From a virus (lineage: Duplodnaviria > Caudoviricetes), in IMG/VR virus record IMGVR_UViG_3300005662_000004, positions 1-38,177 of that record: 38,177 bases of DNA. One strand, given 5' to 3'. Both the position numbers and the translations under genes were made by a program. The notes under the pieces were generated by a model. It was given only the letters and a program-made list of their open reading frames with translations. It did no database searches and was not told the DNA's origin. Shown one piece after another: positions 13,574-22,640 of the stretch (position 1 is the first letter of the stretch; each line of letters opens with the position of its first letter).

Positions 13574-13699
13574 TCACGTGGTATTGTCCACCTCACCCAT
13601 CTCTAGTTTATTTATAACTTCGCAGACCTCGTTATAAGGCCGCATTTTCAAACTTTCGATAAGCAATCTCTTCTGGCTATCAGTCAAATCTACTTGCAT
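13574..13699 (-). CDS. 41-aa hypothetical protein (not in ORF track)
   Basis: GAGG RBS; MQVDLTDSQKRLLIESLKMRPYNEVCEVINKLEMGEVDNTT*. Confidence 0.65.
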   Translation of the reverse strand: MQVDLTDSQKRLLIESLKMRPYNEVCEVINKLEMGEVDNTT

Positions 13700-13731
13700 A
13701 AAACCCTCGCAAGAAACCAAGATTTTTAATA

Positions 13732-16101
13732 TTAAATCCTATAAGTCGTAAACGTATTCGCCGCCGTTTTAATCGTCCTAAAACTTGCACTTGTATTTGC
13801 CGCTATCGTTGCATTTCCAACATAAGTGTGACCAGTGCCGCCAGCCATTGTTATGGTGAAACCCGCCAAATTCACTACTGACCATGTGAAACTTCTAAAC
13901 GTTTCAAGCGATGCCAATACACCCGCATCAGTTAGCGTACCTGTCGGGAGTGTAAATGTTATATTTGCCGCCGGTGTTGATTGAATCACCAGCGTTAATA
14001 TCTGAGCAATGGTCAGAGTACTGGTCGCGTTAAGCGTCGTGATTGCGCTATTGCCTTGATAAACAACACCGCGCGAACTCGTGCCCGCATCTCCAATTCT
14101 GCAAGCAACGTTTGTTCCTGTGTAAAAATTGTGGTATGAACTGGTATTTTGCACCGAGTACCACATTGTATCTGTAGATAAACCGATGGCAAAATCTAAG
14201 GTGGATCCGGTCAACGTTTGCCTAAATGCTATCTTCGTCCCTACTGTCCGAGTTGTTAAGGTTGGTAACCCAGAGCCAGACGTATAAAAATCAATTCGGT
14301 TTCCGGTGCTATTCGCCAAAAATAACCCACCAGAATTATTGTTGGGACTAAAGGCTTGGTCAATTGCCACCTGCCCTAGCGTAGAAACTGAGTAGAACGT
14401 CGGCGTGGAGTAGTTTGACAGCAATCCGTCAAGATACAAAGGAAAATTGTTACCCGTCGGTGCGGTAGTACCAAATACAGTTCCAGAATGCACCCATGTT
14501 CCGCCGCTCGTGTTTACAGAATACGACCCGATGCCCGTGTTTTTATTTCCAAGCGCAAGCACATAAAAATCATACTGCGTATTGCTGACTTGCACGGCTA
14601 AAGTGCCAGAATTACTCAGTGCTCCGCCTTCACCAAGAATTAAGCCACGCCCCCAAGCGTAAAAATTACCTGTGCTCCCTGCGGTAAAAGTCACGCCATT
14701 GCTTGTCGAAAACAAGAACTTATACTCGCACACTCGTCGAGTATCTAGCAATGTCTCATCTTGATAAACTATTGATAAATTCAGTTTTTCTCTGGTTTGT
14801 GTAGTAGTCCAGCGACCTAAGTAAATGTAAGTATCCGAAGCACCGTTGTTAGCTGGCAATGTGTTTGTGTATAGTTTCGCATTGCCTACCGAAAGGGTCT
14901 CAGCCGAATCTGCGAACCCTGCGGCGATTTTTTTCCAAGAACCAAAAGCGTTGTTTTCATTAAACCGCACGCTCATGTAGTATTTATTTTCACTCACAGC
15001 CCCTCGTGGCACAGCAAACATCGCACCGTAGGACCCTGTACCAGTCGCTGGATACGGCGAACCGAGCCCGATATACCACGAATAAAACATATTAAATACG
15101 CCGCTACCAGTGCCAGGACCGTTTGTTGCACCTCGAACAAAGCGATAGCCAAAACCATAGCTGGGCGTGGTGGCATCAAATTGTGATCTTAAATTAAAAA
15201 CCTCACCCGTGCTATTGAAAATCGATTGCACGCTTAAGTTATCAACGTTTCCAAGGCCAATACTTGTTTTGGCTTGCGCGGGCGTTTCCAATACCCAACT
15301 TGTGCCATTTCCAACAATAAAATTATCAGCCGTTGGCGTTAAAGCTGCGATAGCTGTTAAATCAGAATCAAGCGGTTGCGCGTCTGTTATCCCGTACCCC
15401 CCCAGCGTTGTTGGCTTGTTGGTAATGTCTGAAAAAGCTGGTGTGATGGTGACATTGGTTGAAGACGTTAATCGGCCTTGTGGGTCTACGGTGTACTGCG
15501 CTACTTGAGTGGCGTTTCCGTATGTGCCTGCCGTCACTGTCGTATTGGCTAGGGTCGTGGCAAAGCTGCCCGTGCCGCTACCTGTTACGTCACCCGTTAA
15601 GGTGATAATCTGATCGCCAGTGTTTGCTCCACTGATCGATGCATTACCTGTAATTGCTAGGGTTGAGTTTGCGTTTGTTAAACCCGTGCCGCCATACGCT
15701 GCATCAATAATCCCGCCGTTTGGTATTTGAAAAATCTGCGTCCAAGAAAGTACTAAATCTCCTGCTATTCCTGCTGGGGCAGTAAAAACGGTTAACGCAC
15801 CGTCATTAGCAAATTCGTATTTTGTTGCTGTACCGTTCTGCAAATATTGCCAAGCGCTCAAAGGCCCGCTTTGCAAATATTGTGCGTTGACAGCCATGTA
15901 GCTGCCCTGCGGGTCTAGTGGGCCGAATGACAAGATATTTTCTAAGGTGATGCGGTTTTCAATTTTTAACGCGCCTATGCCCGTGGGCGTGATGAGAATA
16001 TCTTCGCCGGCTTGAGTGCTGGTGATACCGCTCGGGCTAATGCTTAGGTTGCCCGTGACTAGCTCAGGCACTTCGATTTGTGTTAAAAATTTCTTCGCCA
16101 T
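13732..16101 (-). CDS. Long fibre/receptor-binding-like structural protein
   Basis: 789 aa, G/T/S-rich beta repeats; LTGDVTGSG, AGTYG...TVD.QGR, KPTTLGGYGITDA fibre motifs. Confidence 0.85.
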   Translation of the reverse strand: MAKKFLTQIEVPELVTGNLSISPSGITSTQAGEDILITPTGIGALKIENRITLENILSFGPLDPQGSYMAVNAQYLQSGPLSAWQYLQNGTATKYEFANDGALTVFTAPAGIAGDLVLSWTQIFQIPNGGIIDAAYGGTGLTNANSTLAITGNASISGANTGDQIITLTGDVTGSGTGSFATTLANTTVTAGTYGNATQVAQYTVDPQGRLTSSTNVTITPAFSDITNKPTTLGGYGITDAQPLDSDLTAIAALTPTADNFIVGNGTSWVLETPAQAKTSIGLGNVDNLSVQSIFNSTGEVFNLRSQFDATTPSYGFGYRFVRGATNGPGTGSGVFNMFYSWYIGLGSPYPATGTGSYGAMFAVPRGAVSENKYYMSVRFNENNAFGSWKKIAAGFADSAETLSVGNAKLYTNTLPANNGASDTYIYLGRWTTTQTREKLNLSIVYQDETLLDTRRVCEYKFLFSTSNGVTFTAGSTGNFYAWGRGLILGEGGALSNSGTLAVQVSNTQYDFYVLALGNKNTGIGSYSVNTSGGTWVHSGTVFGTTAPTGNNFPLYLDGLLSNYSTPTFYSVSTLGQVAIDQAFSPNNNSGGLFLANSTGNRIDFYTSGSGLPTLTTRTVGTKIAFRQTLTGSTLDFAIGLSTDTMWYSVQNTSSYHNFYTGTNVACRIGDAGTSSRGVVYQGNSAITTLNATSTLTIAQILTLVIQSTPAANITFTLPTGTLTDAGVLASLETFRSFTWSVVNLAGFTITMAGGTGHTYVGNATIAANTSASFRTIKTAANTFTTYRI

Positions 16102-16104
16102 CTA

Positions 16105-17397
16105 TTACCCCGTAACCGTTACTCGTAATGAGTTTAATGCTGGGGCAACCGCAAAAGCTACAGTTACCACGTTGTTGTTTGTGGCCGTAACATCGCACTC
16201 CACTTGGAGATTAGTCACAGCATCCCGCACTTGCACAATCACATCTTGCGAGCCAAGTGAATGAGTAACCGCTATCGATGTGGCCGAACCGTCGCCTATG
16301 GTCTGAGCATATATTCTGGCTGCTGCTACCGTCGCATTTACAACGCCTGTTAAACGTCCGTAAGAATCAGTGTTTACCGACTGCACAAACGTAATACCTG
16401 CCGTTCCTGCGGTGTCCGTGCGGGCGACTGATGCCAAGTCAATCGAATCTGGATTGACTACAATACGTGCACTACTGGCCGTTACAACGTTAAGTGTGTT
16501 TCCAGTCTTTGTTAAACCGTCTCCCGCTGTGATCTGGCCTGCGCCGCTGAACTGCTCCCACGTTACTGAGGTAGTGCCAAGCGTCCCACCCGCATCTACT
16601 GTGCATACCCAGCCACAATCGCCGTTTACCGTGCCCTCTTCAACAAACGCAAAGGCACTGATCAACTCGTTCCATGTGTTCGCGTCGGCTGTGCGAGTCC
16701 ATGTTGTCGCTGAAACTGAGTAAATGCCGTTTTCTGCCGGTGCGCTTTGATTCTTAACAATCACCCGATCCCCAGCCACAAGTGATACCCCGTCAACGGT
16801 TTGCAGTCCACTCAGAGTAATGTTCACTGTTGTGGCTGCGCGTACACTTGATTTCACATCCAAGCCTTGGGCCACTGAATCCACATACAGTTTATTGGTT
16901 GCGTCCGTGTCCAACGTTGGCGTTGCCACATTGGTGATCTTGAACCCGCCAAGCGAAACATCTGCCGTCGCTGCTGATAATGCACTCAACGGGATTGCGC
17001 TGTGATCTGCGGCCGCGTGTCTGTGCTGGTGATCGGCTCGTGCGTAGTCTGTGCTTGTGCCGTCGCTCGCAGTGGTTGCAAGGTTTGCAACCGTCCCAAA
17101 AGCATTCGATTGAGTCCACCCGCCTGAGCCATTGCCAACATATAACAATTTTGAATCCGTTGCAAAGTACAACGCCCCCGCCGCCGAGGATGTACCTTTT
17201 GCGGCCTCCGTGCCCGTGCCCACATTCCCTACTGGGTTCCATGCCGTGCCTGAGTAAACCTTAAGCGTACTCGTGCCAGTGTCATACCATGCCTGCCCCG
17301 CGCTAGGGCTCACTGGTGCTACTGCGCTTGGGTGCAACAGTGCATTTAATAAAGAAAGGTTTGATAAATCGATTGGGACTAAAAATTTACGTGACAT
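16105..17397 (-). CDS. Fibre-associated structural protein
   Basis: P.P..DATNK.YVD; VRAATT.NITLSG.QTVDGV.L..GDRV.VKNQ....NGIY; FVEEGT; C-terminal TH.L domain. Confidence 0.85.
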   Translation of the reverse strand: MSRKFLVPIDLSNLSLLNALLHPSAVAPVSPSAGQAWYDTGTSTLKVYSGTAWNPVGNVGTGTEAAKGTSSAAGALYFATDSKLLYVGNGSGGWTQSNAFGTVANLATTASDGTSTDYARADHQHRHAAADHSAIPLSALSAATADVSLGGFKITNVATPTLDTDATNKLYVDSVAQGLDVKSSVRAATTVNITLSGLQTVDGVSLVAGDRVIVKNQSAPAENGIYSVSATTWTRTADANTWNELISAFAFVEEGTVNGDCGWVCTVDAGGTLGTTSVTWEQFSGAGQITAGDGLTKTGNTLNVVTASSARIVVNPDSIDLASVARTDTAGTAGITFVQSVNTDSYGRLTGVVNATVAAARIYAQTIGDGSATSIAVTHSLGSQDVIVQVRDAVTNLQVECDVTATNNNVVTVAFAVAPALNSLRVTVTG

Positions 17398-17406
17398 GGT
17401 GCACCC

Positions 17407-17718
17407 TTATGAAAGATAAGCGTAACCGCTGATCGCCGCGGCGAACGTGATTGTTAATTGGTTTGCGCTGATATGACTTACAGTGCCCTCGACATTCTGA
17501 CCGCCGTATTCGACCACCAAAACACCGCCCGGGCGATATGTCAGATTGTGCGTAATCGTCCACACCGTCGCTGGTGTCATTTGCTCATAAGCAAAACTGC
17601 CGCCGGTTGCTCCGCGTAGGCCAGTAGTTGTTAACGAAAGCTCGACCGTCGTTTGATCTGGCGAAACTACCTCGATCGTGCTCGTCTGGCCGGGTGTAAT
17701 AACGATCTGGCTGGTCAT
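17407..17718 (-). CDS. Small structural adaptor (TH.L domain)
   Basis: YEQ.TPA.VWTITHNL.YRP...VEG.V......LTITF.....G.AYLS. Confidence 0.75.
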   Translation of the reverse strand: MTSQIVITPGQTSTIEVVSPDQTTVELSLTTTGLRGATGGSFAYEQMTPATVWTITHNLTYRPGGVLVVEYGGQNVEGTVSHISANQLTITFAAAISGYAYLS

Positions 17719-18056
17719 TGTGTGATGTCCTCGCTCACCGAAATGTTAAACGTCTGGCTTGATCGTGTCACGTTGTCGGGGTCTACAAACTGAATATCAC
17801 TTCGTAGTTCATCAATCGGCCATGACGTTGTTAAACCACCTGACAAAGTAAATACGCCCGGGTTAGTTGTTTGGTTTGCTTTGGCGGCCGTTAGCTCTGC
17901 CACCAATATGCCCGATGAATCCCGCACTTGTGCCCGAATCGTGTAATCCTGCACCGTCGCCGCCGTGCCGTTTTGTTTATACGTGCAAGCCAAAGTGAGT
18001 GTATCGCCACGTTTTATGGCTACGGTTGCCGGCTGGTTTTCGCAACAATCAAACAC
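17715..18056 (-). CDS. BppU-like / baseplate-associated adaptor protein
   Basis: IKRGDTL.L...Y...G.......Y.IRAQVRD...DIQF...SSQTF.I.V..DIT. Confidence 0.7.
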   Translation of the reverse strand: MFDCCENQPATVAIKRGDTLTLACTYKQNGTAATVQDYTIRAQVRDSSGILVAELTAAKANQTTNPGVFTLSGGLTTSWPIDELRSDIQFVDPDNVTRSSQTFNISVSEDITQ

Positions 18057-18120
18057 TTTTCGCCCCCCAAAACCAAAACAAACCTAAGTGCCAAATTACA
18101 AACGGCATAAGCAAAATCAT
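18049..18120 (-). CDS. 23-aa hydrophobic peptide (tentative)
   Basis: MILLMPFVIWHLGLFWFWGAKSV*, ATGA-coupled to the upstream holin-like gene and filling the gap. Confidence 0.4.
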   Translation of the reverse strand: MILLMPFVIWHLGLFWFWGAKSV

Positions 18121-18284
18121 TTTGCCCTCTTGTCGTAAACCGACCAAACAAAACCAATCAGTGTCAAAACTGCGCCAATGACTGCTTCGAGTGTTGCCCC
18201 GTCGATGCCGTAACTAGCCGCCATTGCGCCGCCTGCGGCTGTCAAAATGTGGCGCGTTAAACCTAATGCAATCTCTTTATTCAT
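18117..18284 (-). CDS. Small 2-TM holin-like protein (Pam3 gp28-like; not in ORF track)
   Basis: MNKEIALGLTRHILTAAGGAMAASYGIDGATLEAVIGAVLTLIGFVWSVYDKRAK*; ATGA-coupled. Confidence 0.8.
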   Translation of the reverse strand: MNKEIALGLTRHILTAAGGAMAASYGIDGATLEAVIGAVLTLIGFVWSVYDKRAK

Positions 18285-18652
18285 GCTACCGCAACTCCTG
18301 TATCAAATAAAATCTCTGTGTTATTTTCGGTTTCCACCCAAGGTACACCAAGCCTAGTCACTATCATGTTTGATTTGCTTGTAACTTGCAGGATTACGTT
18401 TGATTCTATTAAGTTCCTTTGTTGTTCCGTTAAAAACCAACCAAACACCTGATCTTGTCTTAGTTCTTCGTATGGCGTGAAACATTGCGCATGGTCAACT
18501 ATTAACTTGGCCTCTCCACGTTGCACGCCACCGTATTTAACGCCATTTACTATTTCAAAACCTTCGCATTTCCACCAAACGGAAATCACAACATTTTCGT
18601 ACTCACCAACTCTCGGCAAAGCATCCATGTGGGTTATCGACCACTTAATCAT
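18281..18652 (-). CDS. Tail-fibre-associated protein
   Basis: W.I..MD..P......VV..V.W.C.G...FTPYEEL..DQV.GW...PW pattern; directly follows the fibre gene. Confidence 0.7.
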   Translation of the reverse strand: MIKWSITHMDALPRVGEYENVVISVWWKCEGFEIVNGVKYGGVQRGEAKLIVDHAQCFTPYEELRQDQVFGWFLTEQQRNLIESNVILQVTSKSNMIVTRLGVPWVETENNTEILFDTGVAVA

Positions 18653-19746
18653 TTTGCCTCCATTACTGCAATGCGGGCAGTGAGTGATTCGATTAGGGAT
18701 TGCTGTTTTTCAATCAAGGCTTGCTGTTGTTGTACTGCATTAACTAAAAGCCATGTGATTTCCGTCGCATCAAGTTTCTTAATGTCTGTTTCTAACTCAT
18801 CTTCTTTGTTTAATTTTGCTTTGTACGTTTCAACGGTGTCCGGCAAAACTAGCATGGCTTCATCTGCAATTAACCCAATGCCATTTGTTCCATCAACTGT
18901 GCCGCCTTTACCGTTATAAACCCAAGTTTTAACTTGAACTTGCATCAGCTCGGCAATGCCTTTTTTGTATGGCGCAATATTTCGTTTTAACCGAGCGTCA
19001 GAAGGATTTGACCATGTTGTACCTGATGCCTTTTGAGCCGCAGAGCCTAATAAAATGAATGCCCCGCTCGCATCTAGCGTCATCTTCGGATCGCCAAACG
19101 GTATAGTGCTTCCTGCCGTGCCTGCGGGGGCTGAGTACCAACCGTAGCTGCCACTTGTTTGCGTAAATCGTGAGGAGCCTACTCCAGTTGTTTGATATTT
19201 CCACGTGGTGTCAAAATATGCGTTTGATGCTAAATTAGTATTATTGCTGTCGCAGAATAATAGCCCTGATGCAGGAGGGCCAAACTGTATAGAAGTTCCG
19301 GATGGTGCGGAACTCGGGTTAACACCTACGCCAACATTCCCACTTGCATCAACAACTACCCTTTGCGCTCCACCAGTGCTAATAGCCACCTGATTTGCTG
19401 CGGGAAAATACAAGCCCGTGTCGGTGTCGCCTGTGGGTGCGATTGAGGGGGCTGCGGCTGTGCCTGCGGCTACCGGCATGGCTTGAATGGCTGCCTCAAG
19501 GTAGTCAGAGATGTTAGCCGGCGTCAATCCGTCGGTTACGTTGTTGGCTTGATATTCCGCTATGAACTGGGCTACGCCTGCGCTAATGAGTGAAGATTGA
19601 CGCAGAGCCTTGTTCACCAGTTTTGAACGTGCTACACCCGGCTGATTTCCGATTAACCTCTGAGCGTCCGCGTCATACTCGGCCTGCGTCAGTAAGTTGG
19701 TTGTCGTGTCGGTTTGTGCGAATCTTAAAATCTCATTGGTTGCCAT
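18649..19746 (-). CDS. Tail fibre with C-terminal intramolecular chaperone (peptidase S74)
   Basis: Baseplate-anchoring N-terminus (TQAEY...G...GVARS..VNKALRQ); SDARLKRNI autocleavage motif, GLIADE, LVNAVQ coiled coil. Confidence 0.9.
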   Translation of the reverse strand: MATNEILRFAQTDTTTNLLTQAEYDADAQRLIGNQPGVARSKLVNKALRQSSLISAGVAQFIAEYQANNVTDGLTPANISDYLEAAIQAMPVAAGTAAAPSIAPTGDTDTGLYFPAANQVAISTGGAQRVVVDASGNVGVGVNPSSAPSGTSIQFGPPASGLLFCDSNNTNLASNAYFDTTWKYQTTGVGSSRFTQTSGSYGWYSAPAGTAGSTIPFGDPKMTLDASGAFILLGSAAQKASGTTWSNPSDARLKRNIAPYKKGIAELMQVQVKTWVYNGKGGTVDGTNGIGLIADEAMLVLPDTVETYKAKLNKEDELETDIKKLDATEITWLLVNAVQQQQALIEKQQSLIESLTARIAVMEAK

Positions 19747-19766
19747 TTTTAATCACCTTTCAAATA

Positions 19767-20435
19767 TCATAGCGCACTTACTTCATAAGCCCATTGCGCT
19801 GAATCCCAACCACCCAATGCTGCGTTGTCACAATCCCAACCGAGTAGCTTTCCTTCGCTCGGTGCGATGGCGTAATAGTTAACCCGCACGCCCGCCGGTT
19901 TGAGTGGCAAATAGCCTTGCTCTAGCAAAGCCCGCTCGATGGCGTCCAGCGGCTGGCCGCTGATTGCCACAACCATGGTCATGTCCTGGTTGTCCTGAAT
20001 CACCACAAACGAATCAGCGAACACGCTCGCCCAAATGTCGTAAGCCTTTTCAATTGTGCCGTCCCAGTTGTTGGCTGCTATCTTGGCTTTGAGTAGCGTT
20101 CTGAATGAATCGTCCGGTAATCGGGTTAAGCCGCTGGTAGGGTCAAATTCTCCTTGCCATGTTCCCTGCTCCCACCCCTCAGAATCAAGCGAACTGTCCC
20201 ATGTCAGATATACACCCGTTAGCGGTGTATTAAGGTTCCTAGTGATGCCCGCCCACTGCCCGATAATGTCCAATTGCTGGCCGATTGCGGTGTCTAAATC
20301 GTAATCCTGGACCAAACCCTTTAGCGTGTCCTGCAACGCAATTAAGGGGCTAACAGTGGCTTGCACTGTGGCGACAAACTTTGGTTTGTCACGGTGCTGG
20401 CTAGTGATTAGGTTTAGATATGTTTCGATGGTCAT
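19767..20435 (-). CDS. Baseplate wedge protein (DUF2612-like)
   Basis: YL.LITSQHRDKPKF; DLDTAIG.QLD.IG.W.G; L.DD.FR.LLKAKI.ANNWDGT; DNQDMTM. Confidence 0.88.
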   Translation of the reverse strand: MTIETYLNLITSQHRDKPKFVATVQATVSPLIALQDTLKGLVQDYDLDTAIGQQLDIIGQWAGITRNLNTPLTGVYLTWDSSLDSEGWEQGTWQGEFDPTSGLTRLPDDSFRTLLKAKIAANNWDGTIEKAYDIWASVFADSFVVIQDNQDMTMVVAISGQPLDAIERALLEQGYLPLKPAGVRVNYYAIAPSEGKLLGWDCDNAALGGWDSAQWAYEVSAL

Positions 20436-21613
20436 AAGACAATCACGGCCACATTGATTGACGGATCACACTGCGCCACCTCGTTAAACGTCAGCACGAT
20501 GTTTGATGTTCCGAAACTGCCGGCGTTTTTCTTAATGCGAATCTGGGTTATGTTGAATGTCGCCCCCGCCGCTACCGTCGGCAAGTTGGCCGGTACGTAT
20601 AGTTTGTTAAGCAGCACGTCCTCGCCGATCTCGATCGATTCGATTGACCGCGCCACCGCCTCTGAGATGTCCGAAGCAAATGAAGCGGTATAGCCTGCAA
20701 ACGGTTGAATGGTTATCTCAACCCCAATCGTTGCGACCGTTGGCCGGAAAAAATTGATAGTGTTCGGGATCCCGTAGCTGTCAAACGTGGTTGCGCTGGT
20801 GGTTCCATAGGTTGCCGTGCCGGGTGTTTTCTTCAAAGCAATAGCATCGGCAATGGCTTGATTTGTTCCGCCTTCTACGACTAAAGCGATGCTGTGCGCT
20901 GGCAGTCCGTCACCGTCCGTGCTGTTGCTGTCGTTTTCGTAGCCTCTGAACCTCGTCACCCCTGCCAAGCTCGCCACCTGCCCGACAATGCCGGCTAGGA
21001 TTGATTGCGATGGTAGTGCGGTGCTGGTGGTTTGCCGTTTGCGTAATTCTGCATCCGTCTCGACTGCTACCCCAACAGTTGCCGCTGTCGGGTTATTGAC
21101 ACTTTGCCAACCAAGCGTTGGAGTGTTGATCTTGTTGATCGTGCCTGCCTGCGCTGTTACCTCGCCAATCTTCTCAGCAGTGGCAGTCACGGTAATTGAA
21201 CCGCCGGCGGGTATGGTCACGCTGGCTGGTAATAACCATTTCTGGTCTAATGCGTCCACCGCTTGCCCATTGGTTATGACCGTACCGGCTGCGCCAACCA
21301 CCAGCAAATCGGCGGTGGAATACGTAGCACTCCGCCTGCGGATTCCGTTGATCTTAACCTGTCTGCTAAGTGCATCAGATTGAGCGGTGGTGGGCGAAAA
21401 GCTCGAATAAACCGCCGCGCATACCTGCATCGTTTCAAATATCGCCAACGCGTTAATGGCTATCCATTGCCCGTCTTGACTGTCTGCGGTGATGTAGGTG
21501 TCTGCTCCGAAGATGTTTTTATACTCGTCGGTTAAATATTGAAGTACGGTGGGGTAGTCGGGGTAATGAAAACCTGTCGCATCAACGTAAACCAAATCGG
21601 CCAATGTCGCCAT
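20432..21613 (-). CDS. Baseplate J / Mu gp47-like wedge protein
   Basis: DSQDGQ.I; INTPTLGWQSV.NP.AA.VG...ETDAELR.RQ; P.HSI..VVEGG. Confidence 0.92.
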   Translation of the reverse strand: MATLADLVYVDATGFHYPDYPTVLQYLTDEYKNIFGADTYITADSQDGQWIAINALAIFETMQVCAAVYSSFSPTTAQSDALSRQVKINGIRRRSATYSTADLLVVGAAGTVITNGQAVDALDQKWLLPASVTIPAGGSITVTATAEKIGEVTAQAGTINKINTPTLGWQSVNNPTAATVGVAVETDAELRKRQTTSTALPSQSILAGIVGQVASLAGVTRFRGYENDSNSTDGDGLPAHSIALVVEGGTNQAIADAIALKKTPGTATYGTTSATTFDSYGIPNTINFFRPTVATIGVEITIQPFAGYTASFASDISEAVARSIESIEIGEDVLLNKLYVPANLPTVAAGATFNITQIRIKKNAGSFGTSNIVLTFNEVAQCDPSINVAVIVL

Positions 21614-21966
21614 TAAATCACCTCCGTCAGTACGGCTGGGCCGTATATTGTCTCTATCGTAGCTTCTACTTTTGCCACCCGTGTGTCCGGATCAAATATT
21701 AGATCAAACGCCGTGATCTCGGTCACGCCTTCAGTTGTCAAAATACGCTCACGGATTGCCGGTGCTATGGTCTGGCTGGTGTACTTGCCCAACGCTGCTT
21801 GCACGTATGGCGTGCCGTCGCTGGTGTCTAAGAACCACTCATCAACCCACAATTTCAAACGGGTAATGACGGCCTGCACCACTGCCGCTGGTGCGTCCCT
21901 CAAAAAGTCTTTTTGCTGGCTGCCAAAAGTCATATCGCCATCGTCATCTAATCGTCTGTATCTCAT
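21613..21966 (-). CDS. Baseplate gp25/gpW-like sheath initiator
   Basis: MRYRRLD.DGD.TFG; QAV.TRL.LW..EWFLD...GTPY; I.TIYG. Confidence 0.85.
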   Translation of the reverse strand: MRYRRLDDDGDMTFGSQQKDFLRDAPAAVVQAVITRLKLWVDEWFLDTSDGTPYVQAALGKYTSQTIAPAIRERILTTEGVTEITAFDLIFDPDTRVAKVEATIETIYGPAVLTEVI

Positions 21967-22640
21967 AACGGCCCGCTCGTTTGTGATCCACCCGGGGCTA
22001 CGCCGCCGTGCTTGTGTGTGCCAAAGACAATCCCGCCAATCGTGAATGTACCGCCCGATTGATTTACTGGCCCGCTAATCTCAATGTTCCCGCTTAGATT
22101 GATTGTAGGCGCTTGGATGTCGATTGCTGCCGGTGATACTACCCGTGCTTTTCCGTCCGCTGTGATTTCCACATACGTTGAACCCGCATCGTTTCGCAAT
22201 TGAACGTTTGAAGAACTGACGCCGCTCAATTTCTTCGGCTGGCTCGTCGGTGCAAGAATAGCGAAACCGTCGCTCAAATCGTGCATGCGTGCCTCAGCTG
22301 GTACGCCAACACCTCCGGATTGCCACCATGAATCGATACATCTCGAAGCAAAAACAACCAAGACTTCATCATCCACTTTTATCGGGAATGTTAAAGCAAA
22401 CCCGCCCGCCCTTGGCCACACAATCGGCACGTCTACTAGTAGCGGTAGATTAACGTATTGCCGCACGCCCGCCGGATTGGTGATGCTGCCCTGAATACTT
22501 GGTTGCGCTGATACGGTCTGCCGGCTCAAATCCACGGCCTTGACGATTGCGGGGATTGCCGTCCAAATCTTGCTCTGTGCGTTGTCCAAGGCCAAGCGCA
22601 GCGCTTCTTCTGGGTCGTCAAGTAGTTCGTCGCGGTTCAT
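21963..22640 (-). CDS. Baseplate central spike (Gp138/gpV-like)
   Basis: LPLLVDVP...P..GGF.LTFP...DE.LVVF..RCID.WWQSG; RMHDLSDGF; C-terminal HxH (THKHGGV). Confidence 0.92.
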   Translation of the reverse strand: MNRDELLDDPEEALRLALDNAQSKIWTAIPAIVKAVDLSRQTVSAQPSIQGSITNPAGVRQYVNLPLLVDVPIVWPRAGGFALTFPIKVDDEVLVVFASRCIDSWWQSGGVGVPAEARMHDLSDGFAILAPTSQPKKLSGVSSSNVQLRNDAGSTYVEITADGKARVVSPAAIDIQAPTINLSGNIEISGPVNQSGGTFTIGGIVFGTHKHGGVAPGGSQTSGPL

